A DNA stretch of 63,107 bases, the filler included, from Choristocarpus tenellus KU-1152 (taxonomy: Eukaryota > Protista > Phaeophyceae): assembly GCA_964200185.2 (NCBI GenBank). It is 11 parts of 11 records of this genome, joined end to end, with 100 filler letters (N's around TTAATTAATTAA, not from the genome) between each part and the next. Parts side by side here need not be neighbours in the genome. Positions count along the whole stretch, not along the records: positions 11,592 to 25,651 come from CAXNAD020001288.1; 10 more parts are not named here. One strand, 5' to 3'. The stretch's first letter is position 1. Every line of letters begins with the position of its first letter. A model generated the notes under the pieces. That model had not been told where the DNA came from. It saw only the letters and a program-made list of their open reading frames with translations, and made no database searches. Below, piece after piece: positions 13,601-23,730 of this stretch. The position numbers were made by a program, and so were the translations under genes.

Positions 13601-14602
13601 CAACCAATGGGGGGGGGGGGGGGGGGGAGAAAGAGGGGGAGAAAGAGGAGAAGAAGAGGAGAGGGGAAAAAAAGAGGNNNNNNNNNNAAAAAAAAAAAAA
13701 AAAAAAACACAAAAAAAAAACACAAAAAAAAACAAAAAACAGGGGGGGGGGGGGGGGGGCATGAGTAAAGGGCACAAACAAACAAAAAATTACAAATTGA
13801 AATAAGCAATTTACTCGGTGAGAGATGGACACGCACGGCCACGAACACACGCGTAACGCTTACTCCCGAGAAAAACGTAACTGAAGGGCGGTTTTCGATT
13901 GGTCAGAAACCTAGAACTACCCTCCAGGATTAATTTCTGCTGCTGCTGTCCTTCCCTGAGAACACCCGACAACGCAAAGCGTAAAGAACCTCAACTAAGA
14001 AACTGCAACAAAGTTGACCATTGCCCACTTCTCTCCACTCGACTCGCTCCCAAGAAAAAAATGTATGCATGGGATGACATGAAACACCCACAAGAAACCC
14101 TGGCAGCAGAAGGAGAAGATGCAACATTCAAGAGCATATAATGGCACGGGCACAACATCGCCATACGGGTATTTCTCTTTGGTCACACCACTTCAACTAC
14201 AACACAGGGCAACACCTTCTCAAAGGTAGCAACAACAGTCAAAAAGACACGCCTCCAACAAGCAGGGGGGGGTGGGCAAACACAAGGCGTGCCTGCTTGA
14301 CCTTCTACCATGTCCACATCAGCACTCCACCACGCCCATTCTGCACATCCACCACAGCCATCTTCCAAGACAACTCACACGCCTGCGCATTCTATTCAAG
14401 CACTTCACAACCAGCCTATACATCCAACGTGAGCAGCATCATGGGTGGGCAGGCAATGCCTACGGCGATATATTTTCAACCACCGAGGCCACAGCTGATG
14501 ATGTCCCTTACTGTACAACCTGACTCTTGCATCCAATCCTCTACATGACAGCAAGCCTCCCCCCCCAAAAGGGCATCAATCATGCGCCATGGAGCGATGT
14601 TC

Positions 14603-17600
14603 TCATGTCGTGTTTGTGTTCTTTCTTGCCTCAGCACGTACACGTCGACGGTACTCAGGCAGGTTTGTGCTGGGGGGACAAACAACGGGCATTGTTCAGT
14701 CAGCCACAGACATCAAAAAAAAAAGAGAAGCCGCACTAGAGTTGGTGTTTCCAGTACGGTAATCCAGTGGAAAGGATAAAGGATAAACCATTCCGTGAAA
14801 ATCTCGAAATGGACCGTGGGTGGGGAAGTGGAAAGGTCCCAAGTGTTAGCAATCGGAGCAGATCATTCATTGGATTTTGAGGGGTAATTCATGGGAGTGC
14901 GGCCTTGGGCAGACACTATAAAAGGACATCTCTCAATAGAGTCAGTTTCAGCTTTCTTCAATGGTTCCGATCGGATCGTCCAATAGAGTCAGTACTGGCA
15001 ACACAGGAGTATGGGAAGTGAGCTAGGTTGCTCTTCATGATGTCCAACGGGTGAAAAAAAATCTGTTGGGAAAAAAGTTACATGATTGGGACGCTGGGTA
15101 CATGGTCCAGAAAAGGAAAAGGTTGAGACAATATAGCCTACACCACACTGAGCCATTAGGGTATGTTCCTTACAAAAATATTTCTGTAAGAATTAAGTAT
15201 TGAGCCAAAGTATCTTAGAGGGTAGAACCGCGTCCATTTGGGGTTCAAAATCCAATGTTGCGAATTTTGTGTAATTTTGGCTATCGTGTTTCTTAGGAAG
15301 TGTCAATATCCATATTCTGGACACACCATTTCATAACGCATATATTTTACCTACTCCGAAATATTTCGGAGTAGGAAAATGTCATTAAAAAAAAATGGGA
15401 AGCCAAGCCCCAAACGGACAAACAGGGCAAAACTCGTACCCTCTAAGATACTTTCACTCCTTAACCAATGACGATTCAAAATAGGAGTACTAAATGCATC
15501 AACAAGCCAACTCAATCCAGATCCCAGATAAGGTGGGACAAACACAAACACACACACACACACATGGATGAAGTAAGCAATGTCCCTTGCACCAAAGTAC
15601 AATCAATGCATCATGTGACCTCATGCGTATATCATAGGACCTACTCTTTTCAAACACCAAGATACTCACAATACCCCGTCACTCTAAATAACCAACTCTT
15701 TCATACTATACTACATTTATCACAAGAGGATACAGAAAAAAATAATATATATATATATATATGTAAATTTATATTTTATTCGGAAAACATACATCTTTTT
15801 TTGTTTATTGCAGCCACGATGGCGAAAAGACCGAACAGATTTTCAAACAAGGTCCTTAATTTAACATCTGATCTACAAAGGTCATCCGGTACAACTACAT
15901 TAATCATGAGTGCACTTGTAGTAAAAAAAAAGGATGTATGCAAACAATTTTTTCTGAACTTGGATGTCCTTTGTCAATCCTGTGGAAGACTGGAAAGAAA
16001 AAAAAATGCATAGTGATGGGGAGGGACAAGACAACCGGACCACACCCAGAAGGTGGTGAAACAACCATCAAACAACAAAAGAGGCGTGGATAAGGTACAC
16101 CTCTGTTTCGAGTCAAGCCTACAAGAAGCAGGGGTCCAGCCAACCAGAGTGCTGCAGCACAAAGGTATGTACCTTTTCTTGAACAAATTGTACTCTTGAA
16201 GTTAAATTTGGTTTGAAAATATAAAGTATAAGAGTGCAGAGGTTGTACTATTATAGGGGGGCCAATTTTTTCACACATCAGTAAGCAATTTGCACCTAAC
16301 AACATCTCTACATTACAGAAACAATCGACTTGCTCTAATGAACAGAGCAAAAATGATGACTACCATCTCCCCAACCAGACCTAACCCTGAACCCAACCCC
16401 CTCCACATAACAATATGGAGGCCTGTCTTGACTCACACAAATAGCTGATACGCCTCCGATTGGGCAGGGCTGTTTGGGTTGGGAGAATCAAAGAGGTCCT
16501 GTATGCCCATCAGCATCTGCTTGATGGTGATAGCTGGACGCCACCCCTCATCTTCATTTAGAATGCTACACACGCAGATAGAGAGAGAGAGAGAGAGAGA
16601 GATGTCAAGAAATCACCATAAAGATAGACAAAAAAAAATAACTTGCATGAAACACTCAGAGATTACCATAAGGAAGCAAACATTGGTGCATCATCCATCA
16701 ACAAACAAGGCATACAACATCGGCCCAAGAGCTAACACGCGGCAACCAGTGGGCTGAAATTTCACACAGGACCAGAGGTAGGCCAACCTGTAGAGGTGAC
16801 CATTAAAACCAACATCCCAACCTTCCAGGGATACTCCAATGTCCTGCAACAATGAGAAGAAACATCAAACCACGATGCTTGATAGACCCTCCCAACCCTA
16901 ACCCTAACCCTCACCCACAGGGAAATTTCTCATCTTGACAAGACACAAACAATTCTCTTACAACCATAAAAGCATCTCCGAGATTGGTCAATGCGGCTCG
17001 AAGGTACCCGGGTCGACCAATGAGAAGACAGAACCCTGAGACATGCTCACGCTGTGATTTGGTTCACAACAACACAAAGTGGACAAACCAATCAACTAAT
17101 TGGGCTATCAACCAATCAGCAAGCTGAAACATGCAACAACAACAAAAAAATTGGCACCAAAGGCACAACCTTTGTAGAGTTTTTTCTATCGTGTTATCTT
17201 GTAAATAAAAAACAAAATTCAAAATGGTAATCAGATCAGTTACACACTACGCCGCCTCTACTGTTACAACCCCTTACAGGAGAGACATCAACACTAACAA
17301 TGTTCCAGTAATGCCTGACATGGTACAGGCTCTACACTGGGGTTCTGATTCTGATTCAGAAGCAGGAAGTTAGATCACCAACTAACTGTGAGCCTCCGTT
17401 CAAACTTCTCAGGTAAGAAAAGTGGAGCTGTCACCCTGGGGTGGCGTTGCCAGTACTCCATATCAGGGATGGCAATACATGCCAGGAAAAGAGATTCACA
17501 CCCCTTATCATTAGAAATTTTTCAGTAGTAACAGTTTCATCCTTCCCTCCCGCAAAATTATTTCTTAATTTTCCTCATAATTAAAAAAAAAACATACACG

Positions 17601-20600
17601 CACACAACAGATTTTTTTTCTAGTGATTTCAATATGTTAGGGTTAGGGTTATAACTGTCTTTTTCTGCTTCTACACAACTGATGAGACAAAAAAAGTCTT
17701 CTTGCCTCTCCTACCTGAGACAAATGGTGCCTGAAGGATACACGTTGGGATGAAAGAGTGCTGGAACAAACTTGCACTTTGGGGGCTGAAAAAAAAAGAA
17801 TAAAAAAAACATATTACAAGAAAAAGACGAATGTATGCCAATGCCCAAACAAGGGTCCGTAAACGTAAACGCCAACACATTGCACAAGGAAAACCGCAAC
17901 ACAGAGAGAGGGGGCAGGGGAAGGGGAAGGGCAGTGGAGGGAGTGGTAAGGATAGGCTGGATGCTTGACCAATGGCATGTACGGCACTCATGTACATGAA
18001 CATACATGACGGAAACCTACCTACAGAAAAATAAATGTTAAAAAGAGTACACAAGATTCACAGATATACACACTCTTCTGTTCACCCAACTGTAAATACT
18101 ATCATTATATTTACTTCCACCATTTTTTCCCAGTTTTTCACACCAACGGGCGTTGCTTCACTGCTTTGGGGGAGCACAAAAAACAAAAACAGCTTTTGAT
18201 CACTGTATCAGGAAGGCATCCACTCAGCTCAACATGTAACGCTTCACCTCTCCACATATAAAAGTAATAATAACATATAGATCTATAGAAATGACAGCCA
18301 AGCTTATTATGTTGTAAACGCCTGCACACATCAGCAAAGAGTTAGTCTACTATTGGTAGTTAGTAAACATAAAACCTAATCCTAGCAGTGTTCAGAGCCC
18401 TAACCCCAGCCTCCAGCCTTAACCCTAATACTCACTTCTAAACCCTAATCCCAAAACATAACCTCAAGAATGATCTCAGTCCCAACACAAATCTAAACTC
18501 AAAACCTAACCCTAACCATTTACATATCCCTAGAGAGGTATCAGCCCCAACACAATTCCAAACTCAACCCTAAACCCATCCCTAATTAAAACATAAAAAT
18601 CAACCCTAACCCTAATAATGGTGGCTCCAACCCCGACAGTAATCTCATTATAAACTCTCAACCCCGACCCTGCCAAAGATTCCATTATTATGAAGTATTG
18701 ATACTATCATTTTAAAGGTATGATTGCCACCGCTATTACTACATTAATAGGGTTAAGGGTGATTGTAGGGTAATTGTACTGCTAACCCTAACCCTAACCC
18801 TAACACTAATTAAGGCCCTCCGTGCTTGTTCACAAAAGTCGGAGGCCTGGTGTATGCCTGCATGCCTGTATGCACATTCACCATGCCAGGCAAGACACCA
18901 AAATCCCATATTGAAATTTAACCTAAGAACAGAGGCAACCAAAACAAACGCAAACATAAATGTATATATATTTATTTATTTCACCTGCACTGTTTTAAAA
19001 CACAAAGCTTCCTCTCTACCAACCAAAAACAACACACGCGACAGTTACAACGAAACTGTCACTTTTGAACAATAATAATAAATACAAAGTACACTGCCAA
19101 ACACCAGTGACACTACTACATGCATCTCCGTAATCCCTAGCACTTTTTTCCCTGGAGCCTTAAGAAAATGCGCACTTCAAAAAAAAAAGAAAAAGAAAGT
19201 ACTCAAACAAAAGGGGAAAAATAATGTACTTTGAAGTAAAAAATATAATACTATAAATTGCACTTCAAAGTGTATGTAATTTTTTTTTAATATTATGTGC
19301 GGATTTAACGTTCCAACTCGCAAATACTTTTCCTGTGGAAACACACACTCTAAAAATAATTCAGAAAAAATTGTACTACTAATGTTGCATTGGAGTGTAC
19401 TTACTGTAGTACGCACCCACCAGAAGAAAGCCAGTGCATGACATGTCCGTAACTGTTACCATTCAAAACTCAAAAAAATAATAATTAGTACTCACGTTCT
19501 CACCAAAACAAAGGAGTCAACAAAGTACCTTCTCATAAGTGAAGTTCATCTCGACACACTAAGACGCACACATCAACATAGCTATCTGGATGCCATTTAG
19601 AGTTTATGATAAATAGTACCTCCCTGTAAATAAATAGAGACGGTACGTGGTCCAGGGGCTCTTGGTTATAGAGTGAAAGTATCTTAGAGGGTACGACTTT
19701 TGCCCTGTTTGTCCATTTGGTACTTGACTTCCCTTGGGGTTTTTGCGACATTTTCTACTCCAAAATATTTCGGAAATGGTAAAATGTACATGTTTTGAGA
19801 AAGTGGGTCTGCAAGAAGGATATTGACACTTCGTAACAAACACGACAGCCAAAATTACATCAGAGTCGCAACTTGGGTTTTGATCCCCAAATGGACGCGG
19901 GTCTACCCTCTAAGATACTTTGACTCTATAAAAAGAAAAACAAGAGATGAGGGCCACACCGTCAGCTGTCTACACCCAGTATAGCTCACAACACTAACCC
20001 TAAGTTAATTGCCTAGGATAGGTAACAAAAGGTCTACTGTTTTGACAAAAAAAAGAGGTACAAAAACAACAAATAATAAAAATAAAACTACTAGGAAACA
20101 AAAAAAAAGCAATCGACGTACTCGCTGGGGAGGCCGCGATCAAACAAGTACCTAAACAACAACAAAAAACGGACAAGACTCTAAACAAAAAAAATAGACA
20201 CAACAAATTATATGGACAACAAAACAAAATAAGGTGAAATGTTGATGGGGCAGTCTGTCTCCGTGATGTCAGCAGCGCACGAGTCTGATCTCTCGAGAGC
20301 ATCTTGGAAGGCATGTATTACGACTTTTCGTTGTGGCTCAAGACACAGGTAAAAGAGCAAGGAGCAAAGGATAAAAAAACGCCTAAAAAAACGCCACTTC
20401 GAACACAAAAAACGAGGGCGAACTGAACAGTGCACACAGCTGATCAAAACAAAAGGGGGAAGAAAAAAAAAAAGAAGCGGATTACCTTGGAGGGGTAGTC
20501 ATCAGTGAATTCCATGGTGACTTTGTACAGGCCCCCGGCCCAGTCTGTATTTTCCTGGGCGGCAGGACGACCCCATATGTAACCAGCAGACACCAGTGAG

Positions 20601-22297
20601 ATGACAAGACGCCAACAGACAAACAGTGGATGGTTAAGGCATAGAAAAATGCTGTGCGCTATGTGTCGGCACTTTATTTTTTTGTTTTGTGTACTATAAT
20701 ATATATAATTTGATTTATCTTATGAAAATAAAAAGAAGCGAGATTAACAGGCAGGCGTTTACGACACTGGAAAATGCGCACTTGCAACACAATGGGTTTC
20801 CACAAGATAATGGCATTACTACGGTTAACGTAGGTGACAGACTCTTTGACGGGTGACAACAATACACAGGCAAAGGAGAAACGCACGACCCTGTAGCTGC
20901 TGAGGGGAATGAATCCATCTCTAAAGGGAAGAACCTAGAAGCTATAAGGCAGTAGCTCCCTGTTTGTGATCCAATCTGATCCCATGAGATCGCTTGCTCT
21001 AGTAATAATAATATTTGATACACATTTATTTAGGCTGTCCATGGGTTATACTACGAGATCAGCATCACCTCGTGGCAATTATCTCAAGCATATAACGTGT
21101 GATGCAAATAATGTAAAGCGTACAACCAATATATCGAGTTGGCACCATCGCCTTCAGCTCAGTAGTAGTAGTGATAACATAAAACATCCAAAACAAATAT
21201 TCGAAATAAACTGATACAGTAACAGAAACATCCCCCCCAACAGTCTAAAGTTAACACAGGATACTGGGGAAATGACGATGCATGAGCTAATCATACAGGT
21301 GTCCTGTGGATTTTCCGTACACCTGTAGAAGAAGGGAGTCAATAATTTACCCAAAGGTTCCTAGTCCTGACCTGTGTGCCATCAATATAAGTCTCTTCTA
21401 GCCGAAGAGATTACCAATACAAGCAGCAAAATACCACTCCTGGCGAATTGTGAAGCAGAGGGCATGATCAGAAAGTGCTGCTCGCTATTGCTCAAAATTT
21501 AACACCTAGTTGACAGAGTGTGGGCGTCAACTTTGCAGCAAAGGCTTGACAAAATGTAGTCACAGCCGTCTGTTCGTTTCAAATTTCGTATCCAAAACGT
21601 TAGGGTGGTTCGTTGGAACTGTAAGACTATCCACATCGAAGTTATCCCTGATTTTCGAATTACATTAAACTCTGCAAGTCACGCACACTCGAGTCAACAG
21701 TGATCCGTAGAGATGAACCAACCGGTGGAACAGCGCACGACTACAGAGACGGACCACCACCTTGACAATACTCCTCACCGGACCAGGGATGCCGCAACTC
21801 CACTTCATGATGTTGGAGGAGGAATCCTCGTTCCTTGCTGGCCTTGCATAAAACCCCTGGCAAATATCAGAGCGCAGTGACGTCACATGATATTCGGAGC
21901 TTGGCTTGAGGGTAGTAACACAAAGAGAGTCAAGGGTAATCCACTTCCTTGAACACGCAGGGTTCCCCTTTTCGCCTGTGGACAGATGCTCGATGTCACA
22001 ATCAGGCTCCTACCAGAGCAAACCACCTTACCCGGCGACTGCCGGTCGGAAGATGATCCCTCCTTTGAAGCAATGAGGCACATATCGACCTTCACTTAGA
22101 TGTCACCCAAACCACCAACGTTGTAGAAAGCAAGACACATTGGAAGCTCTTTTCCACACCAATCTTCAAATACTCCACACAAAAGTGAAGTAGGTAGGAA
22201 AAAAAGAGGAAAAAAGCGCAGTTCTTACGATAGGATGGTCCTTACGCCACGCCTTGCGCTCTTCAGCTAGCCTTGCTCGGGCGATCCCACCACTCAT
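14603..22297 (-). CDS. UBC9: SUMO-conjugating enzyme E2 (UBC9/SCE1), complete, 6 exons: 22229-22297, 21779-21856, 20486-20554, 17715-17785, 16437-16565, 14603-14669
   Basis: Manual splicing with GT-AG junctions and matching phases gives 483 nt: [160 protein letters not shown]. It has the Ubc9-specific [12 protein letters not shown]-terminus and the [15 protein letters not shown] active-site motif. Confidence 0.97.
14924..15045 (-). ncRNA. Candidate intronic box C/D snoRNA (UBC9 intron 5)
   Basis: Perfect 7-bp terminal stem GGACATC/GATGTCC enclosing ATGAAGA (C-like), CTGA (D'), TTGAAGA (C'-like) and CTGA (D) in the expected order. Confidence 0.45.
15202..15459 (+). mobile_element. MITE family A copy in UBC9 intron 5
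   Basis: Same TIRs and internal sequence; the 4-bp flanks do not match. Confidence 0.85.
17384..17486 (-). ncRNA. Candidate intronic H/ACA-like RNA (UBC9 intron 4)
   Basis: Hairpin 1 has perfect CCTGG/CCAGG and TTGCCA/TGGCAA stems around an internal loop; hairpin 2 AGCTCC..GGAGGCT is followed by ACA+GTT. The hinge GTGACA is not a canonical H box. Confidence 0.5.
18370..18805. repeat. Degenerate CCCTAA-rich tract in UBC9 intron 3
   Basis: Repeated ccctaa/accctaat/cccaaa variants, ending in ctaaccctaaccctaaccctaac at 18782-18804. Confidence 0.7.
19671..19926 (-). mobile_element. MITE family A (~258 bp, GAG..CTC termini, 4-bp TSD; Sola-like), copy with TATA TSD in UBC9 intron 3
   Basis: TIRs gagtgaaagtatcttagagggta / taccctctaagatactttgactc, flanked by tata on both sides. 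Confidence 0.88.
20237..20340 (-). ncRNA. Candidate intronic H/ACA snoRNA (UBC9 intron 3)
   Basis: Hairpin GAGC..GCTC with an internal loop, H box AGATCA (20286-20291) about 15 nt from the pocket, a weaker second hairpin, then ACA+TTT. Same strand as the host. Confidence 0.5.
20889..20995 (-). ncRNA. Candidate intronic ACA-terminated RNA (UBC9 intron 2)
   Basis: AGCTACTG/CAGCAGCT basal stem immediately followed by ACA+GGG; short upstream GATC/GATC hairpin. Confidence 0.35.
21370..21487 (-). ncRNA. Candidate intronic H/ACA-like RNA (UBC9 intron 2)
   Basis: Two hairpins (GCGAG..TTCGC; TCTCTTC/GAAGAGA upper stem), then ACA+GGT; no ANANNA. Confidence 0.4.
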
Positions 22298-22989
22298 CTT
22301 CACCAACCTAATTCGAACCAAAGGCAACGGTCAAAACGAACACAATTGCACAAAGCAACCGGAGGGGCTGCGGAGTTCTTCTTTGTACGCCTTTGGCGGT
22401 ACAAACTTTCACGGCTTGATTGGATGACCAGCCTTCCAGTGCGAACCTGAATTTGTGTTTCAGGTGGTCATGAGTTGGGGTCTTATCAAACACCTAATTT
22501 ATCAATGATACGATACTTTTAAACACTCATTAGGAGACGGGCAGACAAAGGGATTTGAATGGGGCTTGTCTGGAAGGAACGCCTTCCCAAGATATACAAA
22601 TATATAACTCCTTGTACATTTTTTTTGCTGTTATATGATACTTGTTGACTACACTACTACAGGGATCCCAGACCTGTCCTTTAAAGTAATGTAATCTTCT
22701 TCAAAGAAAAGGGAACAAAGATCATGAAGGTAAAGTAAGTGGAGGAAAAAGAAAAAACAGAAAAATAGAAGAGAAATGAAGAGGAAGAAATATAACCCGC
22801 ACAAGAAAAAAACACCCCAAAGAAACTTAAGGGGAACAAAAGAAAGGAAAACGAACAAAGGATCCAACAGAATAAAGCTGACAACGAAAACGGCATTTTG
22901 CAGACGGAAATGAGGTGGGGGGGGGGGGGAGGGAGGGGATTATTGAGCGACTTCAGGTACTTTGCTTTGGTGGGACGTAAATTACCTAT

Positions 22990-23730
22990 CACAGCTTCCC
23001 TACAACGTAATTCGGTCATAGACCTCATTGTGCCCGTAACCACACACTCATCGTGCCACTCCTCCTGTTGGTTAGTGACCATCATGTTCCAACCCTCAAC
23101 TCCAATCCCAAACTTGTAAAGGTTGTCGAGGAAGGAGACATGCCCCCCAATTCTGTGCAATATAGATAGGCTGGTAGTAAATAGGTTTCTTATGTCTTTG
23201 GTAACCACGATGATGTAATAGAAATGTTTCCGTACGCTTAGAGTAAAAGGTTCGAATCTCAACGGGTTGATCTCTTATTACTCCATACAAGTGGCTGACG
23301 CAAAATCACTGACGACATACTAGTGATTCAAAATCGCTGACGACATACTGTGATGCAGAGCGGATGACGAAGTGCGACTGGCACAGATACGTTCTGACGT
23401 ATCAGCTGACGTGTGCAATTAGATAACGAGGCAGAGCATCCCCCACATCGAGGGATGGTACACACTCAGCTAATAAAATTAATTCATTCATACCACATAC
23501 AACGCAAAAACTCTATTCAAACAGCTCTTTTGCACAAATTCTTCTCCTGTCCACCTCGCTTCCGTTTCCCATTCGCTTGAGCTCCCCAATCATATCTTGG
23601 GAAGTCGCACATACATACCCCATCCATGCCAACAATTGACCCCAGCAAAATAAGAGCCTCAGATTGCACACTGCTGCCTCGATGCTCGTCCACCCAGTCT
23701 TCATAAGACCACCTTCATAGGATAGTAGGA
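22990..23730 (-). mobile_element. RTE-like LINE 3' remnant, interrupted at ~23170-23510
   Basis: LMKTGWTSIEAAVCNLRLLF...MIGEL (23513-23845 ORF) and DNLYKFGIGVEGW...EEWH (22681-23262 ORF) resemble the C-terminal region of RTE-clade ORF2. Confidence 0.6.

Noticed and set aside
13485-13850. Pro/Phe-rich ORFs (also 52643-53187, 58342-58659, 62511-62765)
   Set aside because: Translations of homopolymer runs, gaps or minisatellites.
18782-18898. Telomerase RNA (CCCTAA template plus hairpins)
   Set aside because: The tract is over three repeats rather than ~1.5, similar tracts are everywhere in the window, and no pseudoknot is evident.
21880-22100. RNase P/MRP, U3 or SRP RNA in UBC9 intron 1
   Set aside because: The required conserved motifs (P4 halves, U3 boxes, SRP helix 8) were not found. 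Kept only as an unassigned structured island.
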